Shown here piece after piece: positions 11,394 to 24,515 of a DNA stretch of 64,000 nucleotides. The stretch is from NCBI RefSeq assembly GCF_037042905.1, contig NC_087250.1:10852001-10916000 (forward strand), given 5' to 3'. The notes beneath the pieces were generated by a model that saw only the letters and a program-made list of their open reading frames with translations, was not told the origin of the DNA and did no database searches. Position 1 is the first letter of the stretch. Every line of letters starts with the position of its first letter. The position numbers were made by a program, and so were the translations under genes. This stretch comes from Lytechinus pictus. Taxonomy: Eukaryota.

Positions 11394-13189
11394 TTATGCT
11401 CTTTTCAAAAGGGAAACGTCCATGTAGTTCATGATATCGGCACTACCCAAACAAAAGAATGTATGGGCGGCAACTCAAACAAATTCCTTCCGAAAAGAGC
11501 AGGATACAGATGGTCAACGCCCCGAACAAAAGGAAGATTAGCGTTTATCGGCAAGATTACCTATTGAATGCTCTTCGTACTTAGCAATACAAAAAGTTTT
11601 TATGGATACTTTTTTTCCGACCAACATACCTTATCTAAAAAAAAGGGGGAAAAATGGTCTCAATTACCAACAAAACAGGTGCTTATGACATCGGTCAATG
11701 ATTCATTTTGCATAAAAGCGCTCCCCCTGGGTGATGAGGCATATAAGGATGAAACAAGAATCATTTAGGGAAATTATAGAAAAAAAATGTTTATATGTCA
11801 CGGAGAACGGGAGAGAATGAGAAAAAAAAGATAAAACAGGGAATAGACAAGTGCGCTTTTGCTAAAATTCCATGATATACTTAAACGAATAACAACATGA
11901 CTTTATTTTTTTGTTAGATTACTTAAAAAAATCCCAAAACGTTTGTTTGCTGCAATTATGGCCTCAGATCCTTAAATCAATGACTTTTCATTATTTTTGT
12001 TTGACCTAGCCCCCCCCCCCCCCGACGGAAATGTTCTGACCTATACACTCTAATATTGCTTGTTTGTCTCCTCTCTCCTATTTTCTGTTTTTAATTGCGA
12101 GTAACGCGGTAGAAAAGATAAGAAGAAAGACCGTCCTGGCTATTTTTCCCCCTTTACGACCCCCCCCCCCCCAAAAAAAAAAAAAAAAAAAAAAAAAAGC
12201 ATTTGAGATGTTTACCATGGTTAGCATCCAAACCAAAATATTTTGAAAAAAAATTATGTTATACAGGGACAGCAATGTTTTTTTTTTCTTATGGTGCAGG
12301 GTTTGAGCTGTGGGACGGGGGTGAATCGGCTAGAAAAAATATTTTTTTTTTAATTCATGTCAATATACAGAATGAATTCATAATAGGTTAGGTTTTAAAA
12401 TCTCTCTATCTTATTCTCCTTTTTTCTCCCAGATGAAAATTTTTGCATTGAAAAGTTGACGGAAACATTATCACTTCAAATTATAAAACCAATATTGAAA
12501 TAAGTTTCCTCGCCTGAAATGGAGGAAATAGAATGATGTATGATGAGAAATTACGTTAAGGCACCCACTGTAAAGAAAACACGTTTGCCCGGCGTGTCAC
12601 CAGACAGAACCCTCTCAATCCTACAAACTTTTATTCATGTGTGACCTACACCCCCCCCCCCCCCCCCACAAAAAAGGTTGATACTGACCCAAATTTTATT
12701 GATTTTCCTACTTTTTCGCGAACTTCTTTTTTTACCGGCGAATTGCGCGGTAGAAAAAATTTCATAAAAAAAAAAATGTTTCCTTTACTGCAAACATTTT
12801 GGGCGCTTACCCTGGTTACTCAAATATTTGAATTTTTTAATAAAAAACAGGGGCCGCTGAGCGTTTTGATAATGGAGGGGTTGAGCTGAATGTGGGAGGG
12901 AGTGGAAGAGAGACGGGGGGGGGGGGGAGACGTAAGATGTAATGTAAAATGACAGGTACTGAGAAGAAAAAAATAGAAAGGATTGAGGGGGATGGGGGCG
13001 GGTATCCAAATCGGGGAGAAGGAAGATGATACAGATATGGGGATAAAGAAAGACGATAGATATAAGAAAGGGAGTGAAAGCGGTAGAAAATACCTTCAGT
13101 TACAGGTTAGAAACCAGAGGAAGAGAAAACGAGGAAATCCCTAATTGGTACCGTTTTATAAAATACATGTACATTTTATATTGACAAAC

Positions 13190-13925
13190 GCGCAATAATT
13201 TAAACAAATTTACAATCCACCAGTCAAATAAAAGGATTTCAGTAGCTTTTTAGAACGGCCGGGCCCCTGCTACACTTTTGACCCACCCCCCGCTTTCTCT
13301 CGTTCTCTCATCTTATTGCTCTTATTTTTGTCTTCTATTTCAAAGGAAATAAGCAGAAAATAAAGCAATTTAGAACACCGTTTATCCCCTGCTCTTTTGA
13401 AAATGAAAACGTCCACCAGTTCTTGATCTCGGCACTCCCCAAACAAAAGAAAGTCATGGCGGACGCCCAAACAAATTCCTTTTTAGAAGAGCAGGAGACA
13501 AATAGCCAGTTGACGCCCTGAATAAAAGGAAGATTAGTGTATTTCGTCAGGATTACCGACTGAATGCTTTTCGTATTAAGCAATACAAAAAGCTCTTAGG
13601 AATACTGTTTTTCATATTACGACAGTAAATTTTTTTATAAAGCAAATGTTTACTCAATTATTGACAAAACATGCAGGCGCTTAAGACATGGCAAGAACAT
13701 TTTCTTCTTGAGCATGACAGTGCTTTCGTCATAAAAAAATACAAATTCCCCTAGGTGATGATACACAAAGGGATGGAAGAAAATGTAAGTGAGATTTTTA
13801 AAAAAAGAATAGAAAATGCAAATCGAGATACATGTAAAGGAAAATGATGAAACGACAGAAGAATGAGAGGGAAAAAGAAATAGATCAAAAAGGTATAATG
13901 TAAACCATAATGTGCGCTTTTGCTC
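13190..13925. repeat. Diverged local duplicate of about 8000-8180 plus 11397-11865
   Basis: Shared blocks ttag.acacc.tttatc, tgctcttt, gaaaacgtcc, cccaaacaaaagaa, aaaggaagattag, tgaatgct.ttcgta.t.agcaatacaaaaag, gtgcgcttttgct. Confidence 0.7.
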
Positions 13926-15266
13926 TTGCATGAATGTTTAGTTATACAGAATTATAGATTAGCTGGATGTGGGGGGAGCGATCCGGCCAAAACAAAATCA
14001 CAAGTTTATAGACATCGCGTTTCATCTTCAGGAACAAAACTATTTTTTATTACAAACAATAATTCATGAAAAGAAGAAACTGAAGGAGCGATTTTTAGTG
14101 AAACATTGAGGCCACCGTCTTAAAGCCCAGAAGCCAAAGATCACAGTTTCGGACTTTCGTTACGCAGCATCATCATTGTACTTGCAAGGGAATATTTGCC
14201 CTTTTTTGTTCGTTCTGGAAAATAAAGATATTTTGTATGCTGTGATTTCACCCAAAACGGATTATCATCGTAATTATACACATTGCAAATGATATCTATA
14301 CAAGGGGCTAAAGACACCATTCTTGAGTAGCGGGACAATAATAGGCAGGAAAAAAGCACTAGAGCAGACAACAAAGCGGTATCGATCGAACCCGACCCGT
14401 CCGCGCGTGCTGATTGCCCTTACGCATTTTTGTACACAGTGCCTATTGACTTGGGAAAAAGCGAAGATTTGACAAAATAATACGACTATTTCCTATAAAA
14501 TTTCTTAACTATTCTATTGATTTGAGAAGCGAAACCTTCATTTATAGAAAGAAAAATGTCTAATCTTTCATCTTTACATTTACTAAAAATCCTGAAAATA
14601 CTTCAGTTTGGCGCAATTAGCAAATGTTTAGGAAAGCACCACCACAGATCCAAATACTAGCACTGTACCAAAACGGCTACGCCGGAGGGAGAGGTATCCG
14701 GTTTCGCGGGTCCGCACGCAAAGGGTTATTGATGGTCTATTGGTAATTGCTCTTAAAGTATTTCTCCCCAAGGTGTGCATTGAAGCCTTGGTCCTAATAA
14801 TACTTGCTATGCGTGAATTTACATTTGGATAGTACGGTGAATTATTGTGGGAAAGTTTCAGTGAGAAAATATACTTCATACCTTTTTTTCGGCCGGGTAA
14901 ACAGCATTTAGGGAAAGCAGACCCTGTTTTAATGCTATTGTATATAGTGGGCTGTTGGTCGTTATGACAAAGGATATGTCGGGAAGAACTGTTTGTTCTT
15001 AACTCACATAATTACTGTCTATTCTTACGGGTAACTCGTTGGCATGGTAGCAAGCATTGAATGTTACAGACTGTGAATTGTATGTGTGAAGTGGGCTTTG
15101 TTCGCATGGTTGAATAATTGTATGCTCGTGGAGATACGATTTCTAGTGCGGTGCTTGTACTAGGGTTCGGCATTTGGTTGCCAGGTTAAAGCTATTGCTG
15201 CTTTGTTTTTTTGCGGACGCCTTTCACAATTCAAGTCTGGTTGTTAGGTTTTGGAATTTAGTCAAG

Positions 15267-17614
15267 ATGGCTAGTAGTATAGAGAAAATGAAGGAGTTTT
15301 CTACTCTAGGTAGAGAGATGGGACTTAGTGATGGCGAATTAAGTAGTTTTGTCACAGAGTCTATGGAACGAGAAAAGGAAGCTTACGAACGTGAGCGAGA
15401 ACGAGAAAAGGAAGCTTACGAACGTGAGCGAGAACGAGAAAAGGAAGCTCATGAATTGCGCTTGGCCCAAATCAAAACAGAACAGGCAAAACTAGAGGAC
15501 CGCCCTTTTGAGTTCAGCGGAATCAAGTTAAAAGTGGGAAAGTTTGATGAATCAACTGACAGTTTTTATGCTTACATAACAAAGTTTGAATTGTTAATGG
15601 ATAGTCAGAACCTAGTTCGAATCTGACTGGAAAATCACTGGATGTAGTTAATAGAATGAATAGCGCTGATCGCACTGATTATGATAGGGTAAAGCGTGAG
15701 CTAATGGAATATTTCCATCTTACTGAGAATGGTTATAGAAAGAAATTCAGGTCAGTAAGACCAAATAAGGAAGAGCGCCCAAAACAGTTTGCTGTTAGGA
15801 TGAAGGATACTTTGATAAGTGGTTGGATTTGTCTGGTGTTGGTGATTACGATTCCCTGGTCGATTTGGTTGTTAGGGAGCAATTTTTGGATTGTTGTCCC
15901 AGAGAGGTAGTTGGATTCTTGAAGGAGAGGAATTGTGGGAAGTTGCATGAGATGGTTGAATGTGCCGAGATATATGTGCATGTGCATGGATTGCATACTT
16001 TCATTGGTCATAGGGATGATAAATTCAATCCTAAGAATCAGAACCAAAGACAGAATCAAAATCAGAAATCAAGTCCAATCCGAAACCCTAAATCAGTATT
16101 AGGTCCACAGACAGACAGGAAACCTAAGTATGCTAGTTCAATGGAATATAACACAAAACCTAGTTATGATAGTGGCGGTACGATGTAAGGGTGTTACATG
16201 TGTGGTAGTCCAAATCATTTGAAACGGAATTGTCCAATGAAGCCCATAGTTCATTCAGCTCAGGCTATGAGTGTGGAGGACACTCCGATTAATAGCGTTA
16301 GGTCAAACAAGTCTAGTTTACATTCGAATGAAAATTTTATACCGATAGGAACTTTGCGTTCAGAGTCTGTCGAAATCCACTGGATTCGTAGAAAGTTTAG
16401 CCGGTTGTGTACTCATAGGTGAAGTTCCATCAGAGAGTGATGCAAGTGTTGAAACGCTTGGTATGGCGTGTGAAGAAGTTGGTGCCGTGACTGATATGCC
16501 GGTTGTTTCGGGTAGGTTGTTACCCATGAACAAGCCCGTTTCCGTGCTGAAGGATTCTAGGAGTAGCACGAGTATAGTGAGAACGGGTTTAGTATTAGAC
16601 AGTCAGTTCACAGGAGTGATTCAGTTGGTTAAGCTGATAGATGGAACTCTTAGGCGTTTTCCTAGGGCAAATATCATGTTAGACAGTCCCTATTTCATTG
16701 GAGAAATCAATGCCTTGTGTATGCCCAATTGTTTGTGTGACGTCATTATTGGCAATGATGTGAAGGGGGCACGTGAGCCCAAGGATCCTGACCTGCAATG
16801 GGTGCCTAGTATAGTTCAAAAGGCAAATAGTTCCGATGTTGATGATCGGGTATCCGAAGTTGATATGCAAAGTTCGGAAGTTGTGTCGAGTTCGGAAGAT
16901 AATGTTCGGGTTTCCGAAGTGGGTGAGTCTGTTCCGAAAGTGGATGAGGTTTTGGATGATGTGTCTTCATGTGTGGATGAAGTGATGGGTGTTGAATCTA
17001 TGGCACAGAAGGAAAATAAATCTAAACCTAAACATGATTCGAGAGTAAAAGACTCGGGAGTGAAAGTTAAGTCGGAAGACTTTTTGCGAGAGCAAAGGGA
17101 TGATTTGTCACTTCAGGCTTTGTGGAGTAAGATGAATCATTGTCAAGAAAGGGATGAGAGAAATCCAAGTGTTGATGCTGATATTTGCAATGAGGTTGGA
17201 GATGAGGAAGATATGACGGATGAGTGTATCAAAGATACTCATGATATGCCAGGCTCATTTCAAAGGGGCTTTGTGAATCATGTTCATGATTCTAAGGATG
17301 AGGTTCGAGAATTGCTATGGGAATACCAGGATGTATTCACGATCGTTCCTAAGCGAACTTCAGTGGCTGAGTGCAAAATTAATTTGACAAGTGATGGAAC
17401 TGTTCGTTCTCCCCCTTACACTAAACTACCCCAAGTTGTCGAGGTTGAGTCAATGCTGAAGTCAAGGGTTATCGAGCCTTCGGATCCGTCTTACGCGCAT
17501 CCGATTGTATTGGTTAGGAAACCGGATAGTTCAGACTGGTTTTGGATAGATGTCCGGCACCTGAACAAGATAACCGTGTTTGATCCCGGGTCTATGTCAA
17601 ATGAGCTGGTGTGA
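15267..17614 (+). pseudogene. Gypsy gag-protease-RT start, frameshifted and internally deleted
   Basis: Coiled coil, DYDRVKREL...FHLTENGYRKKFR, LVVREQFL, knuckle CYMCGSPNHLKRNC, protease VLKDSRSS (degenerate DSG), RT start IEPSDPSYAHPIVLVRKPD...IDVRHLNKIT; no YxDD, RNase H or integrase. Confidence 0.85.
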
Positions 17615-18369
17615 GAAAGCTTTAGTTCACTAGGATGTTGAATAATATTGCTAAATGGTTCAGAATATATATATTTAAACATTTTACACTCATACACAAT
17701 ATTATACACTACACGCTTTCGTAAAATAAACGTTTTATGAAATATCTGTGCGCTCATTAATCATAATATTTTCTATATTCATGTCATATAAAAAAAGCCA
17801 TAGGGCCTTTTTTTTTCGCAATTCTATGTTTTATGCATATGTATTTCGCAGATTATTCATGATCTTTTTTCATTTATTCCAGGTATCATTGGATCTTCGA
17901 AGCCAATCACGATCGCAACTCTTACAATTCCCGATTAGAAATTAGAATAGGGATTTAAGTTAGTAGGGCTTACCTGTAAATTTAGTTAGAATAGGGAAAA
18001 CTTTAGGGCCCGTATTCCATAAACGAGATAAGCATGCTTAAGTCAAAAATCTAAGCATTTTGTCTTAGTTTTCTGTCTAAGATAAAATTCTTAGCCAAAA
18101 CGCGTATTCCATAAAGAATTGGCTAAGAATTTTGTCTTAGAATTTGGCTAAGAAGTTTTGGGCAACTAAGACAGATATAGGATGAATGGCTAAGTAACTT
18201 TTCTTAAAACTGCAGATTCTGTATTTCATAAATACAACATGGCTAAGAATTTAGCCCTAACTTTAAGACAGTTGTGAGCTGTCTTAATTGTTGTATTTTC
18301 AAGGCAATTTCAGCCAATTTTTTTTTTTAATTTACACCTATATTGCATTTCGAGCTCCTATCTCATTTT

Positions 18370-19420
18370 TTAAACCGATTTTCATGAAATTTGGAACACA
18401 CATTGGTCTTAAGGTAAGGAGGTGAAATATTTTTCTTTTTTTTCTTTTTCAGAAATTGTGTTGCCATGGTAACAATATATTATGGCCAAAATTTTGCCGT
18501 TTAAAATACTTCATTAGTGTTCTACCAATTCTCATGAAAGTTGGCTCACACATTGGATTTGAGGAAAAGATGTGCAAGACACATTTTTGCATGTGTCGAA
18601 ATTGTGTTGCCATGGTAACGGTATATTATGGCAAAAATTATGTATAAATATTGCTGTTCAAACTACTTCCTCAATTTTTAGCAAATTTTCATGAAATGTG
18701 GCACAAACATTAGTCTTGATGTGAAGATGTGCAAAACATATTTCATGCCTATATAAAAAAATTGGGTTGCCATGGTAACAAATAAAATACAAAAAAAAAT
18801 TTAAAATCTTGTGATTGAACTACTTTATAAGTTTTCAACTCATCTATTCTCCTAAAAAAATTGGCATGCACATTAGTCTTGAGTTGAAGATGTCTAAGAC
18901 ATATTTTTGCCTGTATCAAAAGTCGTGTTGCCATGGTTACAACATATTATTTAACGAAAATAAGGTGAAAATCTTGTAGTTCGAACTCCTTCATCTTTTT
19001 TCAACCAATGCTCATGAAATTTGGCACGCACATCAGTCTTGAGTTAAAAATGTGCAAGAATATTTTAGCCTGTATCAGAAATCGTGTTGCCAAGGTAACA
19101 ACATATTATATAATGAAATTAGGTAAAAAATCTTGTGGTTTGAACCCCTTAATTTGAACCCCATTAGTTTTCAACCAATTCTTATAAAAGTTGGCTCACA
19201 CAGTGATTTTGAGGTATAGATCTGCAAGACATAGTCTTTATTGAAAAATGAGTTGCCATGGTAAATCAATAAATGTGTAAACAGCATAATGTGGATTGAA
19301 CTACTTCTTATTTTATGACATTGGCCTGTACGCTCATGGAATGTAGTTTTTGAGCTAAAATAATCTGCAAGACACATTTTCTCATTCATCAAAACATGTG
19401 TTTGTATGGTAACTACAAAC
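18370..19420. repeat. Tandem array of about 160-bp units
   Basis: gttgccatggtaac or close variants at about 18460, 18607, 18767, 18927, 19087 and 19252. Confidence 0.8.
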
Positions 19421-19489
19421 ATCTACGCCAAAAAAAGATTTAGACAATGTTCAATGCTAACTTTTGTTTGGCTACATAGAGAACTACAC

Positions 19490-20710
19490 AGTAGCTGTGG
19501 GCTTAGTTCTAGTTTTTAATTTTAGGGGGTTGGGGGCTAGGCCTCTAGATCTCAAACTACAGCCCCTAGCTTTAGATGTAAGCCTTAATCAAGATCCTTT
19601 AGTCCTAGAAATAATCCAATGCTACAAGTCTACAAGTCTCTACTCTAGATATCGACCTATTACTATGTACACCTAGATTGCTATAGTTCTACTTCTAGAT
19701 CTAGATAGGGTCTAACTTTTAGTCTTAGTCATTTAGTCTAGATCTAGGCCAGGCTACATTAGAGATTCTAGATCAAACAGTAGACTAGTCTGACTACATC
19801 AGCCAGACCTAACGTTAGGGCTACCGGCTAGGCTAGAAATAGAATCTAGAATGAATAGAAAGAGAAAGCATAGCCATACTAGGCTAGGCCGCCTAGGTCG
19901 AGTATTAGTAAATTTTTATGTAAATCTAGGCCCCAGTCTAGACTGAGCTGTTGGTCTAGGTTTTACTTTAGCCTTTAGGCCTGTTTTCTAGAAACCTAGA
20001 TCTAAACAAACTCCCCAAACAAACAGATAGACCAAAAACAGAAGTAGGTCCTAGATCTAACTTAGATCTACATAGATGTCTAGCTAGGTCAGGACTAGAT
20101 CTAGGTTTTGGCAAGCAATGCATAGCGATGGGTACTCTAGCACTGTAGACAGGAATAACCGTCGTTTCTGGGGAGTTATTTAAAGTTTCTGACATTTTTT
20201 TTCTGTCATATCACATTGGTGAGATTAGGGTCTAACGTTAGGCCAACGTAATGTTAGACTGTCGAGCGTCATACTCGTAAATACTATAGGCTTAGGCCTA
20301 TAGCAGAAAAAACAAAATACTATCGGAGACTGAAGCTTTTGCCTTTTTGGTCTAACTCTAACTAAGTCAGATATATTCTAGTCCTACATGTAAATTTATC
20401 CCTGTCCTAAGTAAGGCTAAGCCAGGCTAAGTCCTGAATGTTCTAGGCCTAGGCTAGACCAATACTAATATAGGTCTATGTCTATGTACTATATTTAGCT
20501 TCAGTCTCGGTTGCTCCACTATGGCATGCCACTAGAGTCTAACAAAGTTACGTTTTGCACCCTTCATGAAAGTAAAAAAGTCAAAACAATGTTCAATTCT
20601 CCTCCAAACAGACGGATATTATAGATCTTGGGCCTAGGCTAGATCTAGGCCTAATGTTAGACCCAAGACTAGTCTCAAAAGGTTTTCCCTTAGGGGGCCT
20701 AGGTCTACTT
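19490..20710. repeat. CTAG/AGATCT/AGGCCT-rich low-complexity tract
   Basis: Dense short palindromes tctaga, agatct, ggccta, ctag. Confidence 0.7.
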
Positions 20711-21106
20711 AAACTGAAGTTAGAGTAAAAGTGTCGAGAGGAATATATTCAATTTATATTTCAAAACAATAGGCCTACATGAAAAGTAATAAATGGGACT
20801 GATACACAAAAAACTGTGCAAGTCACTCGGTTTGGGATTGAAATGTTTCGGTGATAAACAAAAATATATATAATTTGAATTGAAATTTCTTACCATATAT
20901 GGGTGATGAATGCTCTTCTCTTACTACAATAGTTGTAATTAGTTTCAATAAAATCCAAATTTTTAAGAAAAAACAACTTCAGTGACATTTTTGCAAGTTT
21001 GTTGCAGTCACTCCTGCAGCAATTTATTATTGAGAAGGTCGCTGAAGGTCATATAATTTGAGACTTTGGCTTAGCCATATCGCCTGACTTGAGACAAATG
21101 TCTTAA

Positions 21107-22048
21107 GGACGTTGCACAGTTATGTTTGTGCGCATTATGATCTGCGCATAGTTTACACTCTGCGCGCTGACGTCACAATGGATTAACAGGTGATTAATTA
21201 CCTGTGGGTATGAGCTGATTTTCTCATCTTCTGCACTTTAACTGCAGATCCGATGCGTTATTTCATGAAGCTAAAAAATGGAATTATTCCATGAACCATT
21301 CAAAAAAATATTCTCTACAATTTTGAAATACTTCACTCTGCAGTGCTGCCAAGAATCACGAATATTACCCCGAGTTTGAATAAATGGTAGAGTGGTCTTG
21401 ATTTTTTCTCCACATGGATACTAAGCATTCGGCGTATTTTTGGTGTTTTAAAAAGCACATTTGCTCTAATAAAAATGCTGATAGTTTCAAAACAAGCACA
21501 TGAACCCCTATTTTTTTATGTCTGTACCTCTTAGGTATACCTTCCTCTACAACTCTGCAAATTTTGGTGAAAATGACATGGATTTTGAATAAAGTGCAGC
21601 ATTCATTGTACTTTTGTAGTTTGTTACTAAAATTTTACATTTTTTGGATTGGGATTTTGTTATCTTTCATGCCATTTTTAAGAACTGGCAGTGCTGTTAA
21701 ACTCAAAATTGCAAACAAATAGCACTATAAATATATTCTCCATTCTAACGATACAATTATTAAATCTCTTGCGAAATTTGATGACTTTTTCATTTATTTT
21801 GACTGAGTAATAGAGGTTTAAAATCATTGTAGTAGGGCCTAATCTTGGGCGGTCTAAAAATGCTAAATTCTTTTGAATGCGCAATTCTTAAGAACATCAA
21901 TTTGGGTGAACTTTGAAGTTCTATAGCAAAAAATCAAGCACATGGACCTATGTTAATTTTTACATATTTCGAATACTAAGGTTCTAAAGTATCTATGTGC
22001 AAAGTTTAGTGAAAGTGACATGGATTTCACTTTAACTGTGGAACGTCC
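21107..22048. mobile_element. Kolobok-like MITE
   Basis: TIR GGACGTT(G/C)CACAGTTA; TTAA on both sides (21103-21106, 22049-22052). Confidence 0.8.
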
Positions 22049-23133
22049 TTAAAGTTTATAGAATATCGTTAGGGAAGATTTCTTAGACAAGCAAAATGTT
22101 AAGACAAATTGCTAAGACTTAAGCAAAAAGCTTATCTTGTTTATGGAATACGGGCCTAGGTCTTTTAGTTTAGGAAATAAGATTGTAAAATTATATTTTT
22201 TGTAATTTATATGAAATTGCTATGCAATGACATAAAAAACAACAAAGAATTGTCTTGTTCGTAAAAGGTTTTTGAAAAAAAAAGGTCTTAGACTTATAGT
22301 AGTTTATAACATGCACTTTCATTATACAGATTATATATTTATGTGTTAGAAGATGCTGTATTTGTACAAGCACTATTCAAGGCGTTTGATGAAAATATTA
22401 CAAATCAGTAACTGTGTGTTTAGGATGTTAAGTTGTTTCTATAATCGATTATTAAAATTTAAATATAATTAACATGAAACGGTTAAAACTTTGTAACCAT
22501 TTTTGAAGGAGTTTATGTACACATAAAAAATATATAAATCTTTGAAAACTGAATGGCATTGCAGTAATTTTAATTTACTTGAATGTTTGAATAAAAAAAT
22601 GCTGGTTTTGAGAAGAATACTGATTTTAGATACATAAAGCAATGTTTTAAGCATTATGAAGTACTTTCATTTATTTGAATACTATTAAAACTATGAAAGT
22701 GGTAAGAAACACTGCATGTTTTAAAAAAAATTGTATGAAGAAAGATTACTGAATTTTTATATTTTACAAATCAAAGCAAGCTTTTCATAGAAAGGTTTTT
22801 CACAGAAGAGATTGTAAATTTTAATGTATTTGGCAGAACTCAAATTGATATTTTGAAACTGAAATTTTGTTTAACTTGATCTTTTACAAAACTAAAGAAA
22901 AGCTTACAGATGGGTTGATATGAAATGGTTTTTGTATAATACATTTGGCATATATGTTATGTAGGTATAGAATTCGATATTACTTGATATGGATAATTAA
23001 GTTAATTAAGATGATTACAAAAAACAATGTTTTTGGAAAGGATAATATCGAAGTTTGGTCAATGCTTTGTTAGTAAATTTCTTTAATGGATATAATTCAG
23101 GTTCCCTTAATTTCATCTTAAGGTGGGGGATAT

Positions 23134-24068
23134 TGTCAGGAAAGAAATTTAATTGTAAAATGTTTCAGCTTAAACATGTGTTCAACATATTTACTTGTCC
23201 TGGTTAGGGTTGTCTTGTTTTGAATATTTTAAAGGCAAGCCTTGGAAACGTTTAAGATCCCCCCTTTAGAATACAATGTACCAGGTGGATGCCATATTTC
23301 GTATTAGGTATACTATAAGCATTCTCAGTACAGGTGTCATAAATAGCCAATACAGTGCTCTAGCATTTATGAATGTAGTTGACAGATGCACAGGAAGTGT
23401 CTTTTATTAATAAGAATGTGTTGCTTTATGCACGTCTGTTATTTTAAATTCTTTGAATTACTTTATAGAAGTTTTACAGTTAGTCCTAGTAACGGTAGGG
23501 TATATTAGGATGTTAATTTAAGTAATTCGAGGAGAACCACCTAAGCTAGAATAGACTACAGACGTTCGTATAGGCAGTCTAAGTAATAACTGAGGGACTA
23601 CGTCGGTGACGAGATAACGACCCCAGCTGCCACCGGTTCTCCACCGACATGTTTCGTCAAAACTCATGTCATCATTGGGGGCTCGATCTCGTCCACTAAT
23701 TCGTTGAAGCCACATCTCTGATCTGGGGGTTACTCATCAAGGGGCAACACAGTCTGCGGAGGCCGAGTGGAAGAGACATCGCTAGCTGCGGAGGCCAGGA
23801 ACTGGACCGACCACCAGGGCCGAGTGGGGCATGTCAAGCCAGAACAGATGACGGGGGCTCTATTCAACTATTGTTTAAGTTAAGTTATATTTTGTTATAA
23901 CCATGTATATTTCATGTACAATCATTATAAAAGAATCAAAAGAAAACCACAGAATGACAAGAAAGATTTGATTAAATCTTTTTAATAACTGTATTTATCA
24001 GTTTTACGTATTCTTTATTTGGTGTCAAGCAGCAGTAAGTAAAAAAAAAAGGCACTTCCCACGTGACA
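23134..24068 (+). mobile_element. 3' LTR of the Gypsy element
   Basis: TGTCA...TGACA termini, directly preceded by the polypurine tract aaggtgggggata (23120-23132); no matching 5' LTR found. Confidence 0.65.
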
Positions 24069-24341
24069 GTATCTTACGGCAGATTACTGTACAATAATCA
24101 TTAAAAATGTGAGCAACACCTGAAATGGTAGTTCACTGTAAAATTAACCACAAAGTAGGCCTATATATAGCTTTCTCTGAGAGATTCGACTACTTTTAAG
24201 AAGCACATTTTCTGAAGTAAGCATCCATATTGGACTTTGCTTAATCCCTCCTATCATTTCGTTTTAATGGAAAACAAGAACACATTTAGTTTTTTTTATA
24301 ACGTGTTAACAATTTGGGCAAGCGATTCATAATCTTCCTAC

Positions 24342-24515
24342 CTTTTCTTCACTAAGTCGCGTACCTCCCTCTTTGGCAAACGTTCCTACTAGTAGCACCT
24401 GGGGTTCATATTTCTGTCCTTCATCGGGATGCACTGCATGGGTGTACACAGACATCAACCAAAAATCTATCAAGTCCAGAATGGTTCGATGAGTTCTCAC
24501 AGCGGACCCTGGCAA
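24342..24515 (-). CDS. Roco-family gene exon (Roc G4 region)
   Basis: cag|LPGSAVRTHRTILDLIDFWLMSVYTHAVHPDEGQKYEPQVLLVGTFAKEGGTRLSEEK|gtagga; 174 nt, phase 0-0. Confidence 0.85.

Larger units (their letters stand above)
18007..22156. mobile_element. Non-autonomous PIF/Harbinger-like element inside the Gypsy internal region
   Basis: TIRs GGCCCGTATTCCATAAAC / GTTTATGGAATACGGGCC; 3-bp TSD TAG at 18004-18006 and 22157-22159. Confidence 0.8.

Noticed and set aside
12557..12622. Possible minus-strand exon near here (IERVLSGDTPGKRVFFTV)
   Set aside because: The phase does not link to the known exons and there is no diagnostic motif.
14700..14728. piggyBac-like end gcacgcaaagggtta
   Set aside because: No partner terminus or TTAA found.
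14170..15170. 5' LTR and PBS of the Gypsy element
   Set aside because: No similarity to 23134-24068 and only a very degenerate PBS-like string.
24150..24211. Next Roco exon (KMCFLKVVESLRESYI)
   Set aside because: In-frame TAG before any good donor.
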